Origin: Eutreptiella sp. 'Long Island Sound 2002'
Taxonomy: Eukaryota > Protista > Euglenida
DNA: 64,000 nucleotides
Reading direction: 5' to 3'
Assembly: GCA_964036045.1 (NCBI GenBank)
Contig: OZ038379.1
Coordinates: 30,132,001-30,196,000, forward strand
Shown here: positions 47,950-60,659 of the stretch, piece after piece
Position numbering within the stretch: position 1 is the first letter of the stretch
How the letters are laid out: each line of letters opens with the position of its first letter
Program-made: the position numbers and the translations under genes
The notes under the pieces: generated by a model
Seen by the model: only the letters and a program-made list of their open reading frames with translations
What the model was told of the DNA's origin: nothing
The model's database searches: none

Positions 47950-48808
47950 CACCACACCGCACTGCACGAAGGCGCGCGCGCTCCCATAAGGTAACCCGAT
48001 TCTCCCACGACCTGTACCTCTCCTCAGGATGAACGCCAGTGAAGCCCCACATCCGCGGGGACCTGGGAACCCGTGCAATGTCTGACCAGAAATAGTCGGG
48101 GATGACGACGCCCCGCTCCTTGGGCATGACCTCGGCTGCGGCAGCGCCGAAACACTGCACTGGTTCTGCAGCCCGTGCATCGCCCAGCTGCATGCCTGCC
48201 GACTTTGCAGACGGGCGCACCCCCTCTGCACAGCCCCGCCACCGCGCGAAACCCAAACCGACGACCTCACGCTCCACACGCTGCGCAGGCTGATTGCCCA
48301 GAACGTCTGGGCACCCCCCGACGCCGACGGAGGGGACAGCGCCGACCTTACGTGGCTGGATGTCCTCGGCGCGGAGGAACCGGCAGCACCGCCACCCCGC
48401 CCCCCCTGGCGCGCACCAACGTGGACGCTGCCAGACGGGGAGGAAGACCCTACGATCTGGGTTCCAGACCACGAACATTATGGCGGCGTGACACGGGGCA
48501 GCCTACCCCCCGTCGGCAATCTGCCGGACAGTTGGGGCCCCATTGGACCCATGAACCACGACAACTGGCGCACCACCGTCCTCACCCTTACCACCCGCCT
48601 CCCGTTCACCTTCGGCTGGCTGGTGGGGGACACGGATTGGGCAATGGGGATCGTTCGCGGCGCCCATGGCCACGAGTGGGGGGATTTCTTCCGCCGCAGC
48701 GCGGGGCTGACCAAACGGGCACCCGGGAGGCTGAAGGCGGCCTATCTACCGTGGAGGGGGATACCCCTCCCCCACAGACTCGTGCCAGTGGCGCGCCGCG
48801 CCCCCTAA
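47950..48808 (+). pseudogene. ORF with RING-like zinc finger (one in-frame stop)
   Basis: CNV*..LGCGSAETLHWFCSPCIAQLHACRLCRR matches C3HC4-type H-x2-C-x2-C-x6-C-x2-C. The frame continues into ORF 48488-48808. Confidence 0.5.
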
Positions 48809-49257
48809 CCACTCGTCCCACCGCCACAGCCGGGCACGTACGGCAATGCAGCAGTGTCCCGGATGACAGCCGGGGATGCCCGACACCACAGCTCCTCCAC
48901 CTCCACCCGGAGAGTCGCCACCATCAGCACCCAGCCCCGGCCGCGCACCACTGCCGCAACCAGGGCTACAAATGTACGCGCTCCGGCACCATCGGGGACC
49001 AGCACGCCACGAAGCCCAACGACCTCCACGTCCTCCAGCCCATCCACCTCCACCCCCCACGCGACCGGCCACTCACCACACCAGCCGCAGACCACCAAAG
49101 CCACAAGGACTACGGGGCCCTCCGGCACCATCGGGGGCCGGTACGCCACAAAGCTCCCGGCAAGAACGTGCAGCCAAACGGGTGGCACAACGACACCCGC
49201 CGCAGCACCACGCGGCCACAGCAACCCGGGAGCACCAGGCATCACCTGCCGGGAGGG
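48686..49257 (+). repeat. 572-bp direct repeat, copy 1
   Basis: Nearly identical to 54443-55014. I see only two internal substitutions plus a small variant patch near the start. Confidence 0.95.
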
Positions 49258-49689
49258 AGAGCTTCACATTGAGGCCTGTCGCGCGCGCTGGGGCCTTGTC
49301 CCAGAACAAAATAAAAAGATAGGTAAAACACGACGAAAAAATTTTCTGAATAGCTGAAAATGAAGCTAATTAGCATAAAAAACGCTTAGGCCAAAAAGCG
49401 CGCGGCGAAACGCGTAAAAACGCGACGAAAAATTTTTCGACGTGAAATAGGTGAATAGTTAACGCCATATGCACCGTAACGCACGTAGGACCCCAACGCC
49501 GTCCCTGCCGTCGTCTAACTCGCTATAGGCGCAAAGAAAAACGCGTCGCGAGCAGCGCGTAAAACTCGAAAATTTTTCACAACTCGCCACGACCCCTCAC
49601 GTCGCGCCCAGCCGCCTTTTTCTTCTTCTTCTCCATGCACTTCCCTTCCCACCCTCGTGCCCATCACTCCCCTTGCCCTGCAGCTCAGG

Positions 49690-51688
49690 CGGCGGCCCTG
49701 GGGGAACGCGGTCAACCCTTAGCAATGGACAACAACACGCTCCACGACGCCACGCACAAGTACAAGGCCAAGAACATCAAGAACGACGGGTAACACGTAA
49801 GGCACGACAGCGTACGTGGTCTTGCTGCACGCGAGTGTGTTGGGTCGTGTATAATTTTATTTTATATTCAAAAAAAGAAAAAAAAAAGGGCACGGAAAAA
49901 CGGCAGGGGTTTTTAGCAAAGGAAAAGAGGACAAAAGGAAAAACAAACACCAGCAGCGCAGACAACCGCACAGCACAGCCAACCAGCACAGCACCGCAGG
50001 GCAGCACGGCACCGCACGACACGGCACAGGGCGCAGGACACCACAGGACAACGCACAGCACAGCAAGACACCACGACACACCAGAGCAGCACCACCACAC
50101 CGCAGAACGCCCAGGGAGACACCACAACGCACAGGGACACGCCACAGCACGAGGCACCAACAACAGCGCAGACGACACTGGCGCCGCACGACGGGCCGCA
50201 GGAGGGCAAAGCAAACACAAACAGCACCGCCAAACGACAGCAGAGCACGACAGCACAGCACCACACGATAGCACAGCGCCACAGCACAGGACACAGGGAA
50301 GCAGGGCACCACAGCCAACACAACAAGGCACCGCAGCGCACAGAGCGGAGAAGACAGGGAACGCACAGCACGAGGAAACGAGCACCACAGCACGCAGACA
50401 CCACCACCGGGCAGAAAACAGCACAGCCAACCAACAGCACAACACAGCACAGCACGACAGCCCACAGGAGGGCAAAGCAAGCCCCAACAGCACCGCAACA
50501 AGAAGCAGAGCACAACAGCACAGCACCACGCCACAGCACAGCACCACAGAACACGACACAGGAAAGCAGGGCACCACAGCAAACCACACCAACCACGGGG
50601 AAACAGACCACGCGGCCAGACAGGGACACCGACACCGAAACACGCCACCAGCAGACAACCACGGGCCACCAGACCCAGCACCGCACCACGGCACACCACA
50701 GCACCAGGCGCCAGCAACAGCACGCACCACACGAACAGCACAACGCGAGCGCACCAGCACAGCGAAGCACAGCACCGCACAGAGCGGAGAGGACAGGGAA
50801 CGCACAGCACAGCACCCCGGGACACACACAGCACAAAGCAGAGCGGCGAACAACAGCACGCACCACCGCGCCACGACAAAACACACACAGCACGGGGGAA
50901 CACCGCAAAACGCAGCGCCGCAGAGCACAGGGCCCCAGGGCAACGGGCAGCGCCAGAGGGCACGGCGCAACAAGCAGCGGCACCCAACGAGCACAACACA
51001 GCACAGGACAGCACAACACCGGAGGACACAACGCGCAGCAGCGCGGCGCAGCACCGCACCCAGGGACGCACAGCACAACACAGCACACGGCACACAGCAC
51101 CGAGCGGCAGCGACGAAAACCGCGAGACAAAAAAGGGGGGGGAGGGGGCAGCAACCGACGGGGAGCAACCACCAGCCAGGCGGAAAGCACGAAAGAGGGA
51201 CAAGCGCACGGAGAGCCGAGAGGCGGAAGGCCAACAAAGCAAACAACGCACAGCGCCGAGGCCCAGGGCACCCGGGGCCGGAAACCAGAGAAAGCCGGAG
51301 ACAACGGGGGCGCACAAGGGAAGAAGGGGAAAAAAAAAAAAAAAAAAACACCAAGGCACCAAGCAGGAGCGCCGAAAACTGCGAGACACAAAAAGGGAGG
51401 GGGGGGGGAAGAAACCACCAAAGAGCAGCCAACGGCCAAGCGGGAGACACAAACAAGGCGCGAGCGCACGAAGGGCACAGGGGGAGGCCGAGAAAAACAA
51501 CCAAAGCACAGCGCCAAGGCAACGAGGAACGGCAAGGGCAGCGAGAGAGAGGGGGGCAACCCCAGCCCGGAGGGGGCCAAGCAAAGCAGAAAGAGAAAAC
51601 GGCCAAAGGAAAAGGTGAGGCGCACCACAACGCGCCCGGGAGGCCAGCCCGCCCGACCCGGCCGCAAAGAGCAAGCACACGCACGCCA
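49690..51688. repeat. Low-complexity CA/AG-rich, T-depleted tract
   Basis: From about 49950 on, the plus strand has virtually no T. Built of ACAGC, ACCAC and ACGAC-like short motifs. Confidence 0.9.
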
Positions 51689-51895
51689 GCCGCCGTCCGG
51701 ATGGACGAGTGCGCGCCCGGAGGGTACCCAGCCCCTGCCGGCTACGAACAGCCGCCGTCCGGATGGACGAGTGCGCGCCCGGAGGGTACCCAGCCCCTGC
51801 CGGCTACGAACAGCCGCCGTCCGGATGGACGTGTGTGCGCCCGGAGGGTACCCAGCCCCTGCCGGCTACCATAGCCGCCGTCCGGATGGACGTGT
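51689..51895. repeat. 62-bp tandem repeat, about 3.3 copies
   Basis: Unit GCCGCCGTCCGGATGGACGAGTGCGCGCCCGGAGGGTACCCAGCCCCTGCCGGCTACGAACA starting at 51689, 51751, 51813 and 51874. Confidence 0.95.
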
Positions 51896-51924
51896 GAGCG
51901 CCCCGCAGCTACGCCCCGCACAGC

Positions 51925-53873
51925 AACACAACACACCGAGCGGGCACACCGGTGAACAGGAGCCGGGAGGCCCAGGACACCGCACACGCAACACAGCACA
52001 CCGAGCGGGCACACCGGTGAACAGGAGCCGGGAGGCCCAGGACACCGCACACGCAAAACAACACACCGAGCGGGCGCACCGGTGAACAGGAGCCGGGAGG
52101 CCCAGGACACCGCACACGCAACACAACACACCGAGCAGGCACACCGGTGAACAGGAGCCGGGAGGCCCAGGACACCGCACACGCAGAACAACACACCGAG
52201 CGGGCACACCGGTGAACAGGAGCCGGGAGGCCCAGGACACCGCACACGCAACACAACACACCGAGCAGGCACACCGGTGAACAGGAGCCGGGAGGCCCAG
52301 GACACCACACACACAACACAACACACCGAGCGGGCACACCGGTGAACAGGAGCCGGGAGGCCCAGGACACCGCACACGCAACACAACACACCCAGCGGGC
52401 ACACCGGTGAACAGGAGCCGGGAGGCCCAGGACACCGCACACGCAACACAACACACCGAGCGGGCACACCGGTGAACAGGAGCCGGGAGGCCCAGGACAC
52501 CGCACACGCAACACAACACACCCAGCGGGCACACCGGTGAACAGGAGCCGGGAGGCCCAGGACACCGCACACGCAACACAACACACCGAGCGGGCACACC
52601 GGTGAACAGGAGCCGGGAGGCCCAGGACACCGCACACGCAACACAACACACCGAGCAGGCACACCGGTGAACAGGAGCCGGGAGGCCCAGGACACCACAC
52701 ACGCAACACAACACACCGAGCGGGCACACCGGTGAACAGGAGCCGGGAGGCCCAGGACACCGCACACGCAACACAACACACCCAGCAGGCACAACGGTGA
52801 ACAGGAGCCGGGAGGCCCAGGACACCGCACACGCAAAACAACACACCGAGCGGGGGCACCGGTGAACAGGAGCCGGGCGGCTCAGGACACCGCACACGCA
52901 ACACAACACACCGAGCAGGCACAACGGTGAACAGGAGCCGGGAGGCCCAGGACACCGCACACGCAACACAACACACCGAGCGGGCACACCGCTGAACAGG
53001 AGCCGGGAGGCCCAGGACACCGCACACGCAACACAACACACCGAGCGGGCACACCGGAGAACAGGAGCCGGGAGGCCCAGGACACCGCACACGCAACACA
53101 ACACACCGAGCGGGCACACCGGTGAACAGGAGCTGGGAGGCCCAGGACACCGCACACGCAAAACAACACACCGAGCGGGCACAGCGGTGAGCAGGAGCCG
53201 GGAGGCCAAGGACACCGCACACGCAACACAACACACCGAGCGGGCACACCGGTGAACAGGAGCCGGGAGGCCCAGGACACCGCACACGCAACACAACACA
53301 CCGAGCAGGCGCACCGGTGAACAGGAGCCGGGAGGCCTAGGACACCGCACACGCAACACAACAAACCGAGCGGGCACACCGGTGAACAGGAGCCGGGAGG
53401 CCCAGGACACCGCACACGCAACACAACACACCGAGCGGGCGCACCGGTGAACAGGAGCCGGGAGGCCCAGGACACCGCACACGCAACACAACACACCGAG
53501 CGGGCACACCGGTGAACAGGAGCCGGGAGGCCCAGGACACCGCACACGCAACACAACACACCGAGCGGGCACACCGGTGAACAGGAGCCGGGAGGCCCAG
53601 GACACCGCACACGCAACACAACACACCGAGCGGGCGCACCGGTGAACAGGAACCGGGAGGCCCAGGACACCGCACACGCAACACACCACACCGAGCGGGC
53701 ACACCGGTGAACAGGAGCCGGGAGGCCCAGGACACTGCACACGCAACACAACACACCGAGCGGGCACACCGGTGATCAGGAGCCGGGAGGCCCAGGACAC
53801 CGCACACGCAACACAACACACCGAGCGGGCACAACGGTGAACAGGAGCCGGGAGGCCCAGGACACCGCACACA
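51925..53873. repeat. 65-bp satellite array, about 30 copies
   Basis: Unit ACACAACACACCGAGCGGGCACACCGGTGAACAGGAGCCGGGAGGCCCAGGACACCGCACACGCA, no spacers, highly homogeneous. Confidence 0.97.
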
Positions 53874-54442
53874 CGTAGGGCGGCCGGGGGACAGGAAAGA
53901 ACCAACACCCCATGGGGGGACACACTGGGGCGACCCAGCCGACCCACCGGGCCAGTGGCAGGAGCGGTACTCCAAGGCTGCTGGTCCGAGCCCGGCCAGG
54001 CTGCATCGGGGACCATGGCAAACGTCACCCGGAGCCATGGATGCAACCGGTGACAGGCGAGCCGGTACACAGTCCAGGAGGGGGTCGCCTGCCAAGCGGA
54101 GCGGCCCCGCAACTCAAGCCACAAGGGTGAGGCGGTCGTACCGTAGACAAGCGGGAGCAATACCCCTTGTGGTGAGAGATACTCCACACGGCTGGGCAGC
54201 CCCCAGAGCTGCCGCCCGAAGGAGGGGGCATGTGGCCCTACTCATGGACACATGTGGGGACACCCTCCCACCTGGGACACATGGACCGGGTGGCCGCGAC
54301 AATGCGTTCCCAAGCACATGCGGGAGCGGCTCAAGAGGCACCTAACATAGGGCAGTCGGAGGGACAGGACGTCCCCTTGGTAAGACCTTCTTCCTGCACC
54401 GTCAAAGGAGGCATCCCAAGCTCCCGAAGATACCTACCTACC

Positions 54443-55014
54443 TTCTTCCGCCGCAGCGGGGGCATGACCAAACGGGCACCCGGGAGGCTGAAGGCGGCCT
54501 ATCTACCGTGGAGGGGGATACCCCTCCCCCACAGACTCGTGCCAGTGGCGCGCCGCGCCCCCTAACCACTCGTCCCACCGCCACAGCCGGGCACGTACGG
54601 CAATGCAGCAGTGTCCCGGATGACAGCCGGGGATGCCCGACACCACAGCTCCTCCACCTCCACCCGGAGAGTCGCCACCATCAGCACCCAGCCCCGGCCG
54701 CGCACCACCGCCGCAACCAGGGCTACAAATGTACGCGCTCCGGCACCATCGGGGACCAGCACGCCACGAAGCCCAACGACCTCCACGTCCTCCAGCCCAT
54801 CCACCTCCACCCCCCACGCGACCGGCCACTCACCACACCAGCCGCAGACCACCAAAGCCACAAGGACTACGGGGCCCTCCGGCACCATCGGGGCCCGGTA
54901 CGCCACAAAGCTCCCGGCAAGAACGTGCAGCCAAACGGGTGGCACAACGACACCCGCCGCAGCACCACGCGGCCACAGCAACCCGGGAGCACCAGGCATC
55001 ACCTGCCGGGAGGG
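54443..55014 (+). repeat. 572-bp direct repeat, copy 2
   Basis: Matches 48686-49257. It continues into the long GC-rich ORF-like region leading to the protease ORF. Confidence 0.95.
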
Positions 55015-57356
55015 GAAACATGCCGAGCCACATGAATACGGCAACCACAAGCGCCCGGCCCGAGCAACCCCTCGGCACCATGCGCCCACAAACGAGCCCA
55101 GGCCCGGGCCCCGCGGGCGACCCGTGTCCACAACCCCAAGCGCCTTCCGACGCGTCCACACGCGGCCATCGGCCAGCGGCCCCGACAGAGGCCAACCTGG
55201 AACCCCACCCGCACCACAGCCCACCACTCCGACCGAGGGCAAGCCCCACACACACACCGTCCGACGGCCTCCCCACACAGACACGTACCGCTACCCCGAC
55301 CGACGACACCAGCGCCCGGCCCGAACGACCCCTCGGCACCATGCGCCCCCACGCCCACATACCGACCAGGAGCCCCAGTCCCCAGGCTGCAGCGGCACCC
55401 TGCACATCGACCCCAGGGTACCATCCGCCAGCCCCGGAACAGGCCGAACCGGCACCCCATCAACGCCAAGACCCACCAGCCGAACCGGCAGTACGGCCAA
55501 CGTAAGCGCCATCTGGCAGTCCCCCGGCCCCCAGCCCAGACCCGGACCCGGACCCGGCGCACGCCTCCGTCCCGACCGACACCCCGCGGGCAAACACGCC
55601 GGGCCACGGGCTCCCGACGGGGGTGCCGCATCTCGAGGGCGGGACACCGGCAGCACGGCCCGCCGCGGCAGAGGCGATGGGCAGCACGTGAACACTGGGA
55701 GGCCACACGGGAAGCCAGCCCAGGCCAGCACCCGTGCCAGATGGCCAAACCCATGCGGCAACGCCAGTAAAAGACGACGCAGCCGTGCCATTCGCACCGC
55801 CCGCCCAGCCACAACGCGAGGAGCCCACGGTGGACACGGGTGCTGGGGCCACAGGGGATGCGGAGGGACGCCCGCAGCGGAAAGAAGCGCCGGTGCCAAT
55901 GGCGGACCTAAACGCCCGGGGACCACCTAGAGCGGAGATACCTAGCAGGGTGACGGGCCAGCCGGGCAACCAGCACGCCCGCACGCCAGCTGATCGCCCG
56001 CCAGACATGGCGGCATGCGACAGAAGCGAGGCACCGGACACTGGCCAACCCGGTACAGGACCTGAGGGACCAACGCCGGGCGCCAGGCATGCCGCCGGCC
56101 CCCCCCCCACCGCTCGCCCACGAGGCACAGACCGCAGGTCACACAGGCACCGCTCCATCCACGGCTCCAGCACACCGCAACGACACAAGCACACCGGGGG
56201 ACGCAACGTCTGGGGAGGCACCGACCCAGGGCCCACCTCAAGCCCACGCGGAGTCCGACACCCGGGCAACAACCCCCGACACGCCCAAGCGCGCAACCGA
56301 CCGGGGGCAGTCGCCCGGCGGACACACCCGCGACGACGACTCCTTCGACCCCTCCATGGCGTCCTGCAGGAGCGCCCCCCAAAGGGACCCAGCGCCGACT
56401 GCCCCGCGTAGCCACCCGGAGCCACGAGGCGACCATACAGAGCCTGCACTCGCAGTGTCCCGTTAGGCACACCTACAGCACAATTACGCCACCGTGGGAG
56501 CAAGGACTGAACACACCGCCGCAACGGATGGCGGACACGCCACCGCAAGTGGGGCAGCGGACCAGACCCCGGACGAACCGCCCCGGCACAGCGTCCAAGG
56601 GAGCGGAACGCGTGTGAGGACGGGCACCAACACCGCTAGCAAGCCTGCCGAACAGCCACTGTGGGCCATCCCCGCCTGGGGGCGGGGGCATCTGGACTAC
56701 GAGCGCTCGGAAGGCGACGCCCGCCGCCTTAACACCCACGTGGATCACCAGGATCACCAAACGGGAGCGGCTCGCCCTGGAAGTCAGCATCCGATGTCTG
56801 CTTACTTCACGCCACCTCGAGGATGGAACCCGCACCATGGCGGACGTCGCCTTCGGCCATCGGCCAGAACCACACGCACCCCCGACTACCATTGACCACC
56901 CCAGCCAGTGGCACTACGTGGCCACCCGCCTCATGGCGCATATGGGGACCTATAGCCCGGATGAAATGAACGGGTTACACTGGCTGTGGCACCAACACGC
57001 GGCCCTCCGCATCCGTGCAGCTATGCAAAGGCACAACATCTGGGCCAACCCTGGTTCCTGGGGCTACCAGGGACACACCTCAGGACACCGGCGACCACGG
57101 TCCCAAGAAGTACCGGAGCTCCCAAGGCAAACGGCACGCCATGACTTCCCGAGACGTAACCAGGGGCCACCACCCGGTGTGGGTTCCCCCTCCAGCACAC
57201 ACGGAAGCCCCCTCTGACCATTTGCACCGCCGAGGGATCGAGGCAGCCCTCAGGCCCCGGGGATGAACGGCGGGACGCCGGAATGGCACCTGGAAGCAAG
57301 GAACCCTGACCGATCCGGGCGCCGCAGCCGCACGCGAGCCCCCGCAGCACGGCGAG

Positions 57357-59165
57357 TTGTCTTCCACGAGGGTGCGGACAGAGACTGGGGAGGCCCGAAC
57401 GACCCGCCGGCCCGACAGACATCATCTGCCGCCGATCCCCGGCGCCGGTCCAAGAGGCCCCGCACTGAGCGGACGCACATCCCCACCATTCCCACACCGG
57501 CCGATTGAGCGCGACAGGCGGCGCTCCACACGGAGGCAACAGACGGTGCATCCAGCTCGTCCGCCGCCTCCCTCCCGGAGTCACCGGCCGGTCCGCTGCC
57601 GGGGGGACGGAACGCTGCGGACACGCGGCAAACGGGACGCGCAGCAGACCAGCAACCCGAACAGGGGGTGGGGGGATGAACCCCTCAAAGCCCCCCCCCC
57701 GCAAGCCGGGCGTGACAGCACCAGCCCCGGACACGAGCACTGGCCTACGAACCGACCTGGCCAATGCGCCACGGGGCTCCCCACCCTGGTTGTGACTCGG
57801 CCGAACCGCCGAGACGCGGAGGACGCACCACAACAGCGGGGGCACGACGCAGGCGAGCCGGGAGCGGACGAAGAAATGACAGAGGCCTCCGGCCCTCAGG
57901 AGTCCGGTGGCTGCCTGCTCACCACCGCGTTCCGTCCGATGTCCCCGCAGGAGCCCTCCACAGGGAGCTTACCTGAGGGACACCCTAACAAGGCCCCAGG
58001 GCACCCCTCCCCAACTGGCCCTACGCCAGACCAGGACCAGGAGACCATGCCCCCCGTACCCCCAAGACCACCACAACGGAGGAACACGGACCTCTGTGAC
58101 GGAGAGGAACTGAGGGCAATTCACGAGATCCACGCCAACACACCCCCGTGGGAGCTGGTGGCAGCCCTCCGGAGACAACTCCAGGACGTCAACCCAAACA
58201 GGCGCTTTGCCGTGGTCCCCCTGCCGCACGCCGCATCCTTCGACATCTCCGTGCGGCAGCTCCAAGCACTCGTCATCCCCGGCATGCAGATTGCTGACGA
58301 CCTCGTTGACGCATGGATCTGGCGGTTCAACTTCAACCAGCCTAACCAGGGAGGCGTGTGGGTCCCGCACTTGGGCTGGGCGCACATGCTCATTGCGCCA
58401 CCGACGGAGCCCAGGCCCGCGCCAAGCACCGGGGCCCGAGAACGGGCCGCCCCACAACCGAGGGCTAACGCCCTCAACACCCCACCGTACAATGGCGTGG
58501 CGGACTGGGAAAGCAGGACAGCCCCCGACAGGGGGCGCAACCTCAGGGACATGGAAGAGCAATACCCATCAGGGGCAGAGACGGCACGCGCAGGACCCCC
58601 ACGACGCGAAGATGACCCCAGCACCATCCCCATGATCGTGTTCGAAAGTGGCCACTACTACCAGGTGCGGATCACCCCGCACCCGCACGAGTGCCACTGG
58701 AACCTGGAAGCCGTCGACTCCATGCTCCCGGCGAGCGCAGCCCTGCCGGGCGGCCCCACCCCCCTGCCCCAAAACCAGCCCCCAGATCCCCTGATGGCCG
58801 TCGTGTCGGGTGAACCGGCAGCTGGCACCCGGGGCATGCCCTCTACTGCCGCTGGCGATGGGCTCAGCACCGCTGGCTGCACACCAAGGACTGGACGGGG
58901 ACGTAGAGATTTCGCCTCGAGTGCCGACAGCAACTGGCCGCCATCCCCCAAACACGAGCGAACGAGAGAGACCCCCGCTACGGCAAACCTGTGCCCCGTT
59001 TTCGCGATCCACCAGATCCGGGCGCTGGCGCTGGGCCAACAATTGCTGCCCACCATCCGCACTGAGACGGAAGCCCAAGCAGCGCACACAGCCCTCGTGC
59101 ACGAGATTTTTTGTGCCCTCCGCAGCGCCCTCGTGCGGCGTCTGGGGAACCCCCTAGGGCCCTAA
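57357..59165 (+). CDS. 602-aa ORF with Ulp1/peptidase C48-like (SUMO protease-type) domain, probably transposon-borne
   Basis: ISVRQLQALVIPGMQIADDLVDAWI (resembles l..L..g.wL.D.vI), MIVFESGHYYQV (His), EAVDSML (Asp), NLCPVFAIHQI (Cys): the H-D-C order of clan CE proteases. Preceded by Pro/Arg-rich low complexity. Confidence 0.65.
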   Translation: MSSTRVRTETGEARTTRRPDRHHLPPIPGAGPRGPALSGRTSPPFPHRPIERDRRRSTRRQQTVHPARPPPPSRSHRPVRCRGDGTLRTRGKRDAQQTSNPNRGWGDEPLKAPPPQAGRDSTSPGHEHWPTNRPGQCATGLPTLVVTRPNRRDAEDAPQQRGHDAGEPGADEEMTEASGPQESGGCLLTTAFRPMSPQEPSTGSLPEGHPNKAPGHPSPTGPTPDQDQETMPPVPPRPPQRRNTDLCDGEELRAIHEIHANTPPWELVAALRRQLQDVNPNRRFAVVPLPHAASFDISVRQLQALVIPGMQIADDLVDAWIWRFNFNQPNQGGVWVPHLGWAHMLIAPPTEPRPAPSTGARERAAPQPRANALNTPPYNGVADWESRTAPDRGRNLRDMEEQYPSGAETARAGPPRREDDPSTIPMIVFESGHYYQVRITPHPHECHWNLEAVDSMLPASAALPGGPTPLPQNQPPDPLMAVVSGEPAAGTRGMPSTAAGDGLSTAGCTPRTGRGRRDFASSADSNWPPSPKHERTRETPATANLCPVFAIHQIRALALGQQLLPTIRTETEAQAAHTALVHEIFCALRSALVRRLGNPLGP

Positions 59166-59789
59166 CCAACCGCGAGCCGAAACGGGGAACACGCCCCCAC
59201 GAACACGCGAGGCGGCACCATTGGGAACACCGCGCCCCACCCAACACGACAAAGTTGTGCCCTGCCCGCTGCAACCGGTCACCGGCAGTGGAAGGGCACC
59301 ATACCGGCCCGAGGACCCTCCAAGAACCGGGGGAGCACTGCGGCCAATATGAGACGACACATCGCCGCGCACCCGTGACACGGGCCCCACGGCTGCCACG
59401 CGCTGATGGCGAGACAACGCGGCACCCCTCGGACCGCCTCACCCCACCAGGGCCCTCGACGATCGGCATCAAACCAGCGGCTGAAGGACCAGCCATAAGC
59501 CGCGACAACCCCGGGCAGGCCAACCTTGCCCGGGAGGGCCTGCCGCACAACCCGACGACGCGCGGCCGCGCAACGCACCCCGCCGACGCCTGTCGATCTG
59601 GCGCACCGGCGAGAGTGGCACTGGGCTACCCAACTTCTGCAGCGGACGCCCGCGAATGCGGGCCAGCCTTGGCAGCCCTACAACCCCTGCAATAGAGCAC
59701 GGACACTGACCCGATGGACCCACAGAACCCATTCCTCCCACGTCTCCCGGGACACGGGAACATTACGCCCAGCCCAGCCCGCCGGGTCA

Positions 59790-60460
59790 TGCGGGATCCC
59801 CCAACGTCAGAGCACATAATCCTCGAGAATGTTACTTCCAAGGGCAGGGATCAAGGAATGAATGTGCCACCAAAGCCGACACGGGCAACCTCCGAGAATG
59901 TCATACACCAAGGCACCAGGTCACAGGGCGCCCACAGCGGCACCACTGTGGCGACTTCAGCGCACGTAACCTGCAAGAATGTTGTGAGGGGCATGTTCCC
60001 CGCAGCCCCGAAAGCTATCAGCATCAAGGAGCGAGAGGCGGGCCCCGACGCTGACCTCTCTCTTCGCCTGACCTCCCTTTCCCACAAGCCAGACAAGAGG
60101 TGGGCCAGGGGCCCAGCACACGGGACCCACAAGCCCGCCGGTTCCTGCCGGCGAACAAGGGAGTGTTACGCTGAGCCCAGCCCGCCGCGCCGTACTGGGC
60201 TCCCCGACACCAGAGCACAACAGCCTTCAGAATATTACCTCGCAGGGCGGGGGTCCAGGGACAAATGTACCACCGGCACACATGACCTCCGAGAAAATCA
60301 TACACTAGGGCACCAGAATACGGGGCACCCATGGCAGCGCACATGGGGTCCCGACGTCAGGGTACACGACCTATGAGCATGTTATATCCAAGGGCAGGGA
60401 GTTGAGGGGCGAATGTGACACCAGCACCAAGGCGCGTGGCCTCCGAGAATGTTAAGCACC
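59790..60460. repeat. Degenerate internal repeats (CTCCGAGAATGT.. / ACGTCAG..TCCAAGGGCAGGGA)
   Basis: About 59800-59910 resembles about 60350-60460. The shorter motif recurs at about 60225-60300. Confidence 0.55.
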
Positions 60461-60659
60461 CCATGAGACCCACCGCTGGGGGTATTTTCTTCGAACAAAA
60501 CCTTCGAACGAAGATTATTTGTTCGAAGGAAGAAAGGTTTTGAACTGTTCGAACGCCTTCGTTGTGGCCGTTTTGCTGCAAACATTGCGATAAAATGCTC
60601 AACACAGGTATTTTTGAGGGTTTGGTTCTTTGGATTCAGCCTGCAACCACTTAAATGCC

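Noticed and set aside
51925-53873. Regular array as possible CRISPR
   Set aside because: Units are contiguous with no unique spacers, there are no cas genes, and the context is eukaryotic. It is a satellite.
49673-54187. Very long ORFs on both strands (733, 635, 607, 584, 773, 461 aa)
   Set aside because: Artefacts of T-depleted low-complexity and satellite DNA, which cannot form stop codons. The translations are repetitive and have no domains.
48686-55014. Direct repeats as LTRs of an LTR retrotransposon
   Set aside because: No TG..CA ends, PBS, PPT or TSD are recognised, and there is no internal gag/pol. Kept only as an unexplained duplication.
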